Assembly (NCBI GenBank): GCA_965235115.1
Contig: OZ249440.1
Location: 21,080,001-21,144,000 of the forward strand
Length of the DNA: 64,000 nucleotides
From: Laetmonice hystrix
Lineage: Eukaryota
Direction: 5' to 3'
Part shown: positions 34,801 through 45,580 of the stretch, one piece after another
Layout: each line of letters starts with the position of its first letter
Numbering within the stretch: position 1 is the stretch's first letter
Program-made: the position numbers and the translations under genes
Notes under the pieces: model-generated
Databases searched by the model: none
Told to the model about the DNA's origin: nothing
Seen by the model: only the letters and a program-made list of their open reading frames with translations

Positions 34801-37800
34801 AAAGGGTCCTGACTTAATGGCAATGCTATAGTAGCGGTATACGGGTATCCTTGAACCTAGAGGGAACCTCAGTAGGCGTCGCTCCACAGACTGTGAAAAC
34901 ACTTGATCGTCGGTGTGTGCACACATCCTGTGGGGTCGTTGTGTGAACACCTTGAGACCACAGCCCAGACCTCTTGCCGTGCAGACCCACACCTTGGCTC
35001 ACTCAGTGAGACTCAAGGCATGGGTATCCCTCTCCACACTCTCCCTCACCAGCTGACACGGGCCCCTGGCGGGCCGTCCCCGCCCTCCAGGCGGTACGCT
35101 CCCCGGACACACCCCTGGAGGGGCCGACACAAAACGGCACGACGACCGACGGACACGGAACGGCACGGTGTTTGATGGAAGCCGGCGGGAGGGCGGGACG
35201 GCCGGCGTGTTGGGACCAGGCTGACGGCCATACACTGGACGCTCCAGCTGGGGCGACCAGGAGGGGGCCAACACCTTCTGATGGACCCCTCCAGGGGACC
35301 CTTTCACTGCGCTCACCTGCACTCCCCGGGACATCCTCGCCAAGGTCCTTATGGCCCTTAGCCCGGTTGAAGATTGCAATCAACCTTTGTTACCTGACAA
35401 TCATACCATCCAGGTTGTTCACACATTGCCTATGGCGTCCAGAGTAGGACATTAACAAGACAATGGTAATCGGCTCCTGTTGTTTGTTGAGGGTAATGAG
35501 GCATGTCAACAAACTGCCAGGATTACATACCAACATAATTAATGACATAAAGTGGTAATATGTCCATTTTGTTTGATTTCGTGTCTACTTTTCAAACTTC
35601 TTCCTTGATAGCAAACTTTGCCTAATGGTGGCATATAAACCCCTTGTGTCCTCTCTGTTAGTTAACACCTTATATAAGTTAATTTGGCTTGTTTGAAAGC
35701 TGCTGTTATTTTAAGAGATCCTCTCAAGTTTTGGACACATTGAAAAAACTATGAGGTCAAGGGGGTCATTGTTTATGAAATGATTGCCGTGGTTGCCGAC
35801 AGAATCGTAACTGCACGTCGCGTGCACATTGCTATCAGAGTATATGTATTCATGTGATTCAGCAGTTTAAGACGATAGACCACAGCCCCCTTGTAACATC
35901 TAACCTTCCCTGCCACCCCACCCCATCATTTCATCAGTAGGAATCAAATTATAGCTGCGGGGGCCTCGGGTGGCCGAGTGGTCTAAGGTGTCGGCTCCAT
36001 CATGAAACCTAGGACCATCGCCTCACACCGCTGCGACCCGGGTTCGATTCCCGGCCTGGGCTGCATGTGTGAAAGGTTTGTCAGTCAGTTCCTTCCCGAA
36101 GGTCGGTGGTTTCCTCCGGGTACTCCGGTTTCCTCCACCAAGAAAAACTGACTTTCATCTCATCTTCACCGCCGTGATATGACCCTGGCTGTTGCAAGGC
36201 GTAAAACCCCAAATACCCATACCCAATTATAGCTGCAGCTAGGTTGTGAAGGCTGAGGCTGGCCGAGTGTGCAGCTGTTGAAGCTAATGAAGATGTTGAT
36301 GGCATTGAGGGAGGGGGTCGGCTCCTCGCTCATGTTGGTAGAGGGGGCCTCCCAGTCGGTCGGGGGTGGGGGCTGTCTCTTCAAGTTACACGCTACAAGT
36401 CTAGGGTGGGGTAGGGGCCAAACTAACATGTAACTTCAGAACCCTGTTAGCACATATCCCCAGTCACCCACACTTATCCGACCAGTAAACTCAACCTTAT
36501 GGAAACCAGCCCGACAATTTTTTTCTCACACCCCAGCCAGATTAGAGAAATCATCACGTTTTCTGCTCATGTGAACTCCCGTGCCCAAAGTCATTAAATC
36601 AATGTCTCTTGACAACTGAGTTTATTTCAAAGTGTCTCCGGGTTAACCCAGAAATGAAGAATAGAAGCCAGCATCAAGGGGAGGTTTAGATTGGAATTTT
36701 AACCCTGCATGCCTGACTCCTACAGCGGTTGATTCTCCACGAGTTCAGACAGGCCCATTTCGTACACCACCCCCGCCTCTCAGCTCGAAGATAAATAACA
36801 AAGAGACAGAGAAGGGGAAATACGACACGCACAAAAAAATACAACTCTAATATTATCCATTAGATCATATAATGACCTCAAACTTCAATTATCATCCAAG
36901 CCTGCCATTAGTCCGCCGATAATCCTTCAAATCCAGGCGGTATCTCTGAGATCAGGGTACCCATCGCTTCATTACATGGCCACCATGATGGAGGGGCACA
37001 GTTCGAAAGTAATTTCCCACCTCGGTTCAGGCAGACGCACGTAACAAAAATGTCAAGCCTGCCAAGTGACGAAGTATCATGACAGACACTCCTGGAGCGA
37101 GTGAATATAAAGCATCTGGTCCTTGTCCTCTCCATGGCCCTCTGAGACGTGAGTTGTCCTCGTCATCCACGGGGTGGCGCTGCTAAGGGCACCTGTTAGG
37201 GGTCCGTCGTAACTGACAGGTCCTCACGTCTGCTGCTGGGGTTTCCTGTAGGCCCGTTTTGGGGGGTAAGAGCCCCCTTAAAAAATCAGCAACCCCAAAA
37301 GTGTCTAGCTTTTTTAAAGCCTTCTTTTAGGATATTTTCCCCCAAAAGGTGAAATGCCACAGAAAACTTGGCTGCATGAGGAGCTGCTGCCGCTGCCGGT
37401 GGTAGTGGTGATGGCAGTGATGAGCGCGTGATGATTGTGATGACAGGGCTGTCGGCGTGCAGTCACAGGGTCAGCCGCCGCCTCCCGGTCTGCTCGCTCC
37501 GATCTCAGGCCAGTCAGGCTACAGGCATAGATCACACCCTGGGATTCTGCTCACTCCGATCTCAAGGCAGTCAGGCTACAGGCATAGATCACATCCCCGG
37601 ATTCTGCTCACTCCGATCTCAGGGCAGTCAGGCTACAGGCATAGATCACACCCTGAGATTCTGCTCACTCCGATCTCAGGGCAGTCAGGCTACAGGCATA
37701 GATCACACCCTGAGATTCTGCTCACTCCGATCTCAGGGCAGTCAGGCTACAGGCATAGACACACCCTCAGATTCTGCTCGCTCCGATCTCAGGGCAGTCA

Positions 37801-40800
37801 GGCTACAGGCATAGACAGACCCTCAGATTCTGCTCGCTCCGATCTCAGGGCAGTCAGGCTACAGGCATAGATCACACCCTGGGATTCTGCTCGCTCCGAT
37901 CTCAGGGCAGTCAGGCTACAGGCATAGATCACACCCTGAGATTCTGCTCACTCCGATCTCAGGGCAGTCAGGCTACAGGCATAGATCACACCCTGAGATT
38001 CTGCTCACTCCGATCTCAGGGCAGTCAGGCTACAGGCATAGATCACACCCTGAGATTCTGCTCACTCCGATCTCAGGGCAGTCAGTAACAGTAACAGTGT
38101 CAGCGCAGGCTGAGCCATGAGTTCCTCAGTTCGTACCCCAGTAACAGTGTCAGTCCAGGCTGAGCCATGAGTCCCCCAGTTCGTACCCAAGTAACAGTGT
38201 CAGTCCAGGCTAAGCCATGAGTCCCTCAGTTCGTACCCCAGTAACAGCATCAGTCCAGGCTGAGCCATGAGTCCCCCAGTTCGTACCCCAGTAACAGCAT
38301 CAGTCCAGGCTGAGCCATGAGTCCCTCAGTTCGTACCCCAGTAACAGTGTCAGTGCAGGCTGAGCCATGAGTCCCTCAGTTCGTACCCCAGTAACAGTGT
38401 CAGTCCAGGCTGAGCCACGAGTCCCTCAGTTCGTACCCCAGTAACAGTGTCAGTCCAGGCTGAGCCATGAGTCCCTCAGTTCGTACCCCAGTAACAGTGT
38501 CAGTCCAGGCTGAGCCATGAGTCCCTCAGTTCGTACCCCAGTAACAGTGTCAGTCCAGGCTGAGCCATGAGTCCCTCAGTTCGTACCCCAGTAACAGCAT
38601 CAGTCCAGGCTGAGCCATGAGTCCCTCAGTTCGTACCCAGTAACAGTGTCAGTCTGAACAGAGAACGCAGCCCCAGACGCCACCCAACATGGCTCACCCA
38701 TTCACTCTAACACAATAGGGATGTTTTTGTGGCGGACTCGAATTCACTTCATCCCTTTTAACACACTTTGACATCAATGGGACAACATTCTGGGTTTGCT
38801 TTGCCTCCACAGCGAATCGAAATCGATTTTTATGCAGTCTACTTTGTCTGCACCCCTTTTGTATTTCAAAAGACAGGTGTCTGTTCATAATGGGAATCAG
38901 ACCGTCAGATGTTACGGATACTACGTTTCTTCATCTTGCCGACCAGTGCCAGGCCACGTACTTCAAACTGCCAGCATGCACGCGTCAACCTACCTTAGCT
39001 CATTACTCCTCTCTGTCATTACAGACGCCTGAGTTCATTAAGTCGACCAAAGATGAGCTATTCCTAGGTGAAAGCGCCCCGAGCCATGGCACACCTATCT
39101 CCTCTAGCACGGCCCCCCACCGACAGTAGAGATAATCACACTCGGACTTATATAACACGTTTTGTGTCAGGGCTGGAATGAAGCGACCACCTTCATTGAT
39201 GGAACTTTAAACGGCCATTGGGGTCCATCTTGTGGCGGCGAGTGTGTTCACACAACAACACTTTCACTGGCTCTTCGATGTCATGGACCAGGTCCTATAA
39301 CAGACACGAAGCTTGGACTCGGAGACAAATGTTATGTAATATATCCACTCCGCTCTGTTATAAAGTTTGACTTGATCTAAGGTGTCGACTTCTACGTGCC
39401 GGACCCTTATACTCAGTGCGGGAAATCGTTGTTTGCAGGTTTAAATCAGAGAACTGTGGAACTCCTTTAAGTTTGCCGCTCGTTACATTATTTTGTTAGC
39501 ATACCGAGTTACGGGTCGGACAAGAGGCTGGACCATGTACAACATTCAGTAGCTGTGTTTATATTGCACCATTACCTTATACAAAGTGGGCTTCATCTTG
39601 GCTCAAGTGTTGGTTGGTTGATGGGGTGCGTCGTATAGCAGAAGCCCACAGTTGTGTTTACCCTACAGTAAGTGGCCACTACCTGGCGGCTGAAGTTGCC
39701 ACTCGGCTGGTCGCTGGCTGAGGTATGTACGGGCTGAGCGGGCCGGTTTACGGGGCACCCACTTGAGTGGTGTGACTTCGATCAGGGTGCCATTAACGAC
39801 CCACCGTTTATGGCACAAACTGTAAAACGTTTGACACCACTCCTCACTCACACCGGGCCCCAGCTGATGATTTTACGATAGCCTCCTTGTGAAGTCAGTC
39901 AGTGACGGCTCATGGTTGTCAGGATCAGTATAGCATGGATCAACACTCTCCCTTCACGACCACATAGTGTACAGGTTCTTGTCCACCCCCAAATCATTTC
40001 ATGTACTCCTATACGTTTGGAGACTACGACCTCATAAAAATACATCAAACTGTTTTATCCATTATGAGAGCGATAAAATAGGACGGACACCTGCATTGAG
40101 TGATTGGCATTGAATGATTTTTGAGAGTTAACCTTGAAATAATGCCTCACGTTTCTACCATTATCACGCGATGCGGACAGTATCTGGGTATATGAGAACC
40201 TTTTTCCCTGGGTTACAACCAAATTGTACCCCCAGGGAACTCCTAACAAGAGAATCTCAACCGTAACTCCATTTACTTCCATATATACTCCCTTGATTAA
40301 AAACCTCTCCCCATTATGTGCTGCCCCCTGCTGGCCGTGATAGAATTCTCTGACTGAGTGAACATTATAATCAAGTTTAAATTATCAACCCTTGTCAGAA
40401 GTAGCCTATTTCCAACTGCCACTGTAGTTATCGTTATCTCTCTGACGGATACTCTCTCTTATCTCTGGCCATTTGACATTCTCTATAGGTTTTCGTAGTT
40501 ACATATTCTTCCTGGCCCCCTCCTGAGTACCCCTATTCTCTATTTTTGGGTTGTAATGTAATATGTAGAGGTTCCTTCTTGTTATCCACTAATCCACTTC
40601 TTGTTATCAACTAATGTACTTCGTTATCCCTCATGTTACCATAGTTGTTCCCAACTAATGTACTTCGTTATCCCTCATGTTACCATATAGTTGTTCCCAA
40701 CTAATGTACTTCGTTATCCCTCATGTTACCATATAGTTGTTCCCAACTAATGTACTTCGTTATCCCTCATGTTACCATATAGTTGTTCCCAACTAATGTA

Positions 40801-43800
40801 CTTCGTTATCCCTCATGTTACCATATAGTTGTTCCCAACTAATGTACTTCTTTATCCCTCATGTTACCATAGTTGTTCCCAACTAATGTACTTCGTTAAC
40901 CCTCATGTTACCATCTAGTTGTTCCCAACTAATGTACTTCTTTATCCCTCATGTTACCTTCTAGTTGTTTCCTTCTAATGTACTTTATTATGCCTCATGT
41001 TACCATAGTTGTTCCCAACTAATGTACTTTGTTATCCCTCATGTTACCATCTACTCCTATGGTATGTCGGGATTCTTCATGACCCTTAATCCCCGCACTT
41101 AGTTACTTTACCGAGACAAGACCTCCTCACGCACCATATCTGCCGTTTCTCAGACGGTCCAGTGCCATCAGTTTGGTGTTAAGTTCCCAATAAGACACCT
41201 GCTACCAATATGGCCCACTGACCTGTGACCTGTTTTGACAGCCAACTAATGTCAGAAGCTGACCGCAGCCTATTAATGGCCCATCTTACTAATGGCTGAC
41301 ACGATGACCTTCATACCATCCGACGGGGTATTTCACGGTAAGAAGTTAGGACTATGCCTGAGGAGAGACTACCCACGTATTACACGGCATTCCTTGTGGA
41401 GGCAATGACCATAGGAACACCCCTCTTCAAGCTATCAATCTATTTACCTGTAATTCCCGACCCAGAGCAGATTCAGCACGGTACAGTTTCTTGGGTGTAT
41501 AGGCAATGAAGAATGTGACGTCCCAACCAAAGTCAGTGAGGGCTCAGTGTATCGACCCCCCTCAACATTCCCTCTTCTATGCAGGCACCATATGTTAAAC
41601 ATATATTCCCGTACACGAACAGAGAACAAAGGAACTATACCGGTCCTTAGTGAGGTAAATAGTTGAGGTTTGCTGGTCTCTGTGAATAGTAACAGGGCCG
41701 TGACAAAGATGAGGGTCAGGAGGTCGGGTCTGGGACCGTCTCTGTTGACGACCCTTGGGTCTGTCACAGCCCTGCCAAACGTTCACCGAGGTTACGTACT
41801 CGGGGACATGAGGTCACCAACATCAGAGAGATCATACAGGTTTGAATCAGTGAACCCTAGCGGGTTTCTCCTGGGTGGTAGATCAAACCACATGTAGCTA
41901 TGTGACCAGGCAGCGCTCCGACATTGCATTGGCCGGCAACCAACGGTTGGGGTATAGTGGGGTGTGGGGTATAGAGGTGGTGGGTGTGGGGTGTAGAGGT
42001 GGTGGGTGTGGGGTGTAGAGGTGGTGGGTGTGGGGTGTGGGGTGTAGAGGTGGTGGGTGTGGGGTGTGTGGTATAGAGGTGGTGGGTGTGTGGTATAGAG
42101 GTGGTGGGTGTGTGGTATAGAGGTGGTGGGTGTGGGGTATAGAGGTGGTGGGTGTGGGGTGTGGGGTATAGAGGTGGTGGGTGTGGGGTATAGAGGTGGT
42201 GGGTGTGGGGTATAGAGGTGGTGGGTGTGGGGTGTAGAGGTGGTGGGTGTGGGGTGTAGAGGTGGTGGGTGTGGGGTGTAGAGGTGGTGGGTGTGTGGTG
42301 TAGGTGGTGGGTGTGGGGTGTAGAGGTGGTGGGTGTGGGGTGTAGAGGTGGTGGGTGTGGGGTGTAGAGGTGGTGGGTGTGGGGTATAGAGGTGGTGGGT
42401 GTGGGGTGTAGAGGTGGTGGGTGTGGGGTGTAGAGGTGGTGGGTGTGGGGTGTAGAGGTGGTGGGTGTGGGGTGTAGAGGTGGTGGGTGTGGGGTATAGA
42501 GGTGGTGGGTGTGGGGTGTAGAGGTGGTGGGTGTGGGGTATAGAGGTGGTGGGTGTGGGGTGTAGAGGTGGTGGGTGTGGGGTGTAGAGGTGGTGGGTGT
42601 GGGGTGTAGAGATGGTGGGTGTGGGGTATAGAGGTGGTGGGTGTGGGGTATAGAGGTGGTGGGTGTGGGGTGTAGAGGTGGTGGGTGTGGGGTGTAGAGG
42701 TGGTGGGTGTGTGGTGTAGAGGTGGTGGGTGTGTGGTGTAGGTGGTGGGTGTGGGGTGTAGAGGTGGTGGGTGTGGGGTGTAGAGGTGGTGGGTGTGGGG
42801 TGTAGAGGTGGTGGGTGTGGGGTGTAGAGGTGGTGGGTGTGTGGTGTAGGTGGTGGGTGTGGGGTGTAGAGGTGGTGGGTGTGGGGTGTAGAGGTGGTGG
42901 GTGTGGGGTGTAGAGGTGGTGGGTGTGGGGTGTAGAGGTGGTGGGTGTGGGGTATAGAGGTAGTGGGTGTGGGGTGTAGAGGTGGTGGGTGTGGGGTGTA
43001 GAGGTGGTGGGTGTGGGGTGTAGAGGTGGTGGGTGTGTGGTGTAGGTGGTGGGTGTGGGGTGTAGAGGTGGTGGGTGTGGGGTGTAGAGGTGGTGGGTGT
43101 GGGGTGTAGAGGTGGTGGGTGTGGGGTGTAGAGGTGGTGGGTGTGGGGTGTAGAGGTGGTGGGTGTGGGGTGTAGAGGTGGTGGGTGTGGGGTATAGAGG
43201 TGGTGGGTGTGTGGTGTAGGTGGTGGGTGTGGGGTGTAGAGGTGGTGGGTGTGGGGTGTAGAGGTGGTGGGTGTGGGGTGTAGAGGTGGTGGGTGTGGGG
43301 TGTAGAGGTGGTGGGTGTGTGGTGTAGGTGGTGGGTGTGGGGTGTAGAGGTGGTGGGTGTGGGGTGTAGAGGTGGTGGGTGTGGGGTGTAGAGGTGGTGG
43401 GTGTGGGGTGTAGAGGTGGTGGGTGTGGGGTGTAGAGGTGGTGGGTGTGGGGTGTAGAGGTGGTGGGTGTGGGGTATAGAGGTGGTGGGTGTGGGGTGTA
43501 GAGGTGGTGGGTGTGGGGTGTAGAGGTGGTGGGTGTGGGGTGTAGAGGTGGTGGGTGTGGGGTGTAGAGGTGGTGGGTGTGGGGTGTAGAGGTGGTGGGT
43601 GTGGGGTGTAGAGGTGGTGGGTGTGTGGTGTAGGTGGTGGGTGTGGGGTATAGAGGTGGTGGGTGTGGGGTGTAGAGGTGGTGGGTGTGGGGTATAGAGG
43701 TGGTGGGTGTGGGGTATAGAGGTGGTGGGTGTGGGGTGTAGAGGTGGTGGGTGTGGGGTGTAGAGGTGGTGGGTGTGGGGTGTAGAGGTGGTGGGTGTGG

Positions 43801-44915
43801 GGTGTAGAGGTGGTGGGTGTGGGGTGTAGAGGGGGTGGGTGTGGCAGACGACGCCAGGGTGGGTGTTAATGAAAGACAGAACCTGTGATGTGAATCAGGT
43901 GTCTATCAGCCGTGTCATGTTCCGAGGAGACAATGATCTTCACGACGGGCGGTGGGGTGGGGAGCAGGGCGGGAGTGTCAGCAGTCCTACACCCCACATA
44001 CCCCCCCCCCCCCCACCCCGACACTCCCGGGACACTCCTCCCACCCCCCGCACTCCCGTACACCGGGGGAAGTCAACCGGCGGCCTACTGCCAGGACTGA
44101 GTGAACTGCACTGAATCCACTGATCACATCGACTCGGTCACAACCAAGGCAAGGCGACCATATCCTCCATGAATAAACCACCACCATCCACACGTCACCT
44201 CCTGACGTCCGTCCTTATGGTCGACCTCTGACGACTTCTCACAGAATACCCTACAACCTGTCACCTCCCCCTCCTCACTGTCCCCCTTGTACATACTGGG
44301 ATGACCTCTCCCTGTCATTACCAGCTGACCTCTAGCGTCACAACAAGATCACTGTACGAATCGCAATAACGTACAAGTGATGGCGACTGATCTGCACGAC
44401 TCGCAATAACGTACAAGTTATGGCGACTGATTCAAGGTTAATTCGTCGTTTTACTTTAAAATGATGTTACTATTCAAGTCAGAAGTGTCCTCAAACTTTC
44501 TTTTTCATACATGCATCCTTCACCGAAGTACCTGCATGCATGACTATCATAATTTCCATGAGGCATTGAAAATATGTACATAAACGTCTGCTTGAGCAGG
44601 TTATGTCAGCCAGCCGTCAGTAGTAATTTGTCCTCCTACAAAAAGTCATTTCCAGCCACACCAGTTCCCTTGTATGTACACACAACTACTAATTACTCGG
44701 TCGTAAATCTGGACTTTCCGTGTCACCTGACCGTCTTCAGGCACCAGTCGTCTCAGGACCTCATTACGGTTTACACTATTACTATCTGGGTACACGTTAG
44801 GTAACCCTCACAACAGGTCATTGGATACAGTGGAAGAGTCGGACTTACCTTTGGCTTCTAAAAGGGAGAGGAAGCTGAGCCAGAGGACTGTGGCAATCAA
44901 CCCGTACCAATCCAT
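7304..44915 (-). CDS. FGFRL1: Fibroblast growth factor receptor-like 1 (nou-darake type, kinase-less), spliced, 7 coding exons, 522 aa
   Basis: join(44849-44915, 23541-23813, 11600-11665, 10981-11265, 10433-10545, 8186-8426, 7304-7827) = 67+273+66+285+113+241+524 = 1569 nt; all introns GT-AG with compatible phases (1,1,1,1,0,1). Three Ig domains, TM and short tail without kinase. Motifs GPPK, CPVEADP, KATNGYGS, PVGSALRLKC, WTLRLHNL..EDSG.YTC.V.N.AGAIN.TY.VDV, DGSYLNKL, DAGMYICL.AN.MGY and terminal HQHMHYGC match vertebrate FGFRL1 as recalled (e.g. human C-terminus HQHIHYQC). Confidence 0.95.
7514..7549 (-). repeat. (CAG)12 coding trinucleotide repeat, polyglutamine in the FGFRL1 tail
   Basis: 12 uninterrupted CTG triplets on the plus strand, in frame as Gln. 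Confidence 0.95.
8186..8426 (-). CDS. FGFRL1: FGFRL1 exon: C-terminal part of Ig3
   Basis: cacactag|TGG CTG AAG...CTC AGA G|gtcagc; 241 nt; WLKLIEPDQRVLNPNTTIIVKGSRFRVLKTDKVYPQRDGSYLNKLVIHKVTEKDAGMYICLAANSMGYYSFRKAFLTVLR. Confidence 0.95.
10433..10545 (-). CDS. FGFRL1: FGFRL1 exon: N-terminal part of Ig3
   Basis: ttttgcag|AC ATG...GTC AAG|gtgagc; 113 nt; DMYTKPLIKSQPVNATASYGDVAAFQCDIQSEVAPTVK. Confidence 0.93.
10981..11265 (-). CDS. FGFRL1: FGFRL1 exon: Ig2
   Basis: gttgtcacag|CG CCG...GTG GTC G|gtaagt; 285 nt; I-set Ig with C...W...EDSGHYTC. Confidence 0.95.
11600..11665 (-). CDS. FGFRL1: FGFRL1 exon: Ig1-Ig2 linker (acid-box equivalent)
   Basis: Not in the ORF track. tttgtctatttacag|CC GAC ACG...GAT GGA G|gtgagt; 66 nt, phase 1-1, stop-free (PDTNDTVTPPFGLEGNLYPEDG), at the position where FGFRL1 genes carry a linker exon. 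Confidence 0.8.
13351..13728. repeat. Minisatellite, 34-bp unit, about 11 copies
   Basis: Unit acccaggatccattcagtcactcactcacagata; near-identical copies. Confidence 0.96.
16706..17164. repeat. Minisatellite, 26-bp unit (24-bp variants), about 18 copies
   Basis: Unit tctgccttactgtgggccaggcagag; explains the repetitive ORFs at 16443-17502. Confidence 0.96.
18421..18567. repeat. Minisatellite, 30-bp unit, about 5 copies
   Basis: Unit gtcatcattgtacagggtgatccaaataaa. Confidence 0.92.
19438..19465. repeat. (CT)14 microsatellite
   Basis: Direct reading. Confidence 0.9.
20882..21159. repeat. 116-bp tandem duplication built from degenerate ~15-bp ccatctagaggtcc subunits
   Basis: CCATCTAGAGG starts at 20917, 21033, 21149 (period 116). 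Confidence 0.85.
22359..23318. repeat. Minisatellite, 60-bp unit, 16 copies
   Basis: Unit agtcatctggttatcaatgtttcaccactgtagattatactcctaggatcctgcagtagc; 960 bp. Confidence 0.97.
23541..23813 (-). CDS. FGFRL1: FGFRL1 exon: Ig1
   Basis: ttttcag|GT CCA CCC AAG...GTC TTC C|gtaagt; 273 nt, phase 1-1; GPPKVMSRVHRRQIARVGQTVKLTCPVEADP...EDSGKYACKATNGYGS. Confidence 0.95.
25138..25151 (+). promoter_or_regulatory. CTCF-like motif (perfect consensus match)
   Basis: CCAGCAGGGGGCGC matches CCASYAGRKGGCRS at all positions. Confidence 0.5.
27238..28374. repeat. Minisatellite, 67-bp unit, about 17 copies
   Basis: Unit gagtgtgaggtcattacccacacccacgtcacacccagtagctgatctccccagcctttccccgctg. Confidence 0.96.
28799..29746. 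repeat. Minisatellite, 39-bp unit (36-bp variants), about 25 copies
   Basis: Unit ggtcgacagcaaacaccaggaaccagatctgtcctcaac; source of three overlapping ~300-aa repetitive ORFs. Confidence 0.96.
34367..34448. repeat. Short tandem repeat, 15-bp unit, about 5.5 copies
   Basis: Unit ctctgcacagacta(c/t). Confidence 0.88.
35959..36224 (+). mobile_element. tRNA-derived SINE with conserved central domain (Meta/V-SINE-like), full length with TSD
   Basis: Pol III A box TGGCCGAGTGG (35971-35981), B box GGTTCGATTCC (36041-36051), core GGTCGGTGGTTTCCTCCGGGTACTCCGGTTTCCTCCACCA (36101-36140), ATACCC tail, perfect 12-bp TSD AATTATAGCTGC at 35947-35958 and 36225-36236. Assignment to the Meta/V superfamily is from recalled consensus, not a search. 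Confidence 0.9.
37490..38085. repeat. Minisatellite, 57-bp unit, about 10.5 copies
   Basis: Unit ctgctcactccgatctcagggcagtcaggctacaggcatagatcacaccctgagatt. Confidence 0.95.
38091..38655. repeat. Minisatellite, 50-bp unit, about 11 copies, abutting the 57-bp array
   Basis: Unit gtaacagtgtcagtccaggctgagccatgagtccctcagttcgtacccca. Confidence 0.95.
40320..40334 (-). promoter_or_regulatory. CTCF-like motif (perfect consensus match)
   Basis: Reverse complement CCAGCAGGGGGCAGC matches CCASYAGRKGGCRS. Confidence 0.5.
40609..41052. repeat. Minisatellite, 44-46-bp unit, about 10 copies
   Basis: Unit aactaatgtacttcgttatccctcatgttaccatatagttgttccc. Confidence 0.93.
41949..43843. repeat. G-rich minisatellite, 22-bp unit, about 85 copies
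   Basis: Unit gaggtggtgggtgtggggtgta; the plus strand is essentially free of C for about 1.9 kb. Confidence 0.97.
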
Positions 44916-44930
44916 GTTGTTCTATACCTC
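44849..44930 (-). CDS. FGFRL1: FGFRL1 first coding exon: 15 nt 5'UTR plus signal peptide (CDS 44849-44915)
   Basis: Not in the ORF track. ctgttttcag|GAGGTATAGAACAAC ATG GAT TGG...GCC AAA G|gtaagt; MDWYGLIATVLWLSFLSLLEAK, hydrophobic; the phase-1 donor joins the Ig1 exon as G-PPK. The acceptor implies a further upstream non-coding exon. Confidence 0.85.
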
Positions 44931-45118
44931 CTGAAAACAGAAAGAAAAGAGAGTTTCTATAAGTCTAAAGTTCATCACACACTGTCACACGCCAGGGTGC
45001 TCAATTCTGAGTAAGAATTCAGCGAAAATCAAGAGGGTATTGAAATAAATCAATTGGGTGTGTCAGAAACAAATGACCATGTGAATGGTTGAGCCTGGTT
45101 TCCAACGTCCATCACCTT

Positions 45119-45580
45119 GATGTCCTGTTTGCCCCTACAAACCCACCAGCCACCCGTCCTGCTAGATGTCCTGTTTGCCCCTACAAACCCACCAGCCACC
45201 CGTCCTGCTAGGTGTCCTGTTTGCCCCTACAAACCCACCAGCCACCCGTCCTGCTAGATGTCCTGTTTGCCCCTACAAACCCACCAGCCACCCGTCCTGC
45301 TAGATGTCCTGTTTGCCCCTACAACCCCACCAGCCACCCGTCCTGCTAGATGTCCTGTTTGCCCCTACAAACCCACCAGCCACCCGTCCTGCTAGATGTC
45401 CTGTTTGCCCCTACAAACCCACCAGCCACCCGTCCTGCTAGATGTCCTGTTTGCCCCTACAAACCCACCAGCCACCCGTCCTGCATGCTAGATGTCCTGT
45501 TTGCCCCTACAAACCCACCAGCCACCCGTCCTGCTAGATGTCCTGTTTGCCCCTACAAACCCACCAGCCACCCGTCCTGC
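45119..45580. repeat. Minisatellite, 46-bp unit, 10 copies
   Basis: Unit tgtcctgtttgcccctacaaacccaccagccacccgtcctgctaga. Confidence 0.95.

Noticed and set aside
35959-36060. tRNA gene
   Set aside because: A and B boxes are present, but no convincing cloverleaf was seen, and the sequence continues into a SINE core and tail flanked by a TSD.
37428-37870. Repetitive ORFs over the 57-bp array (likewise 18349, 45350, 62605)
   Set aside because: Products of stop-free repeat units; no splice or domain support.
7304-44915. Canonical FGFR tyrosine kinase
   Set aside because: The TM exon continues to a stop after a short low-complexity tail; there are no kinase motifs (GxGxxG, HRD, DFG) between it and the TLR.
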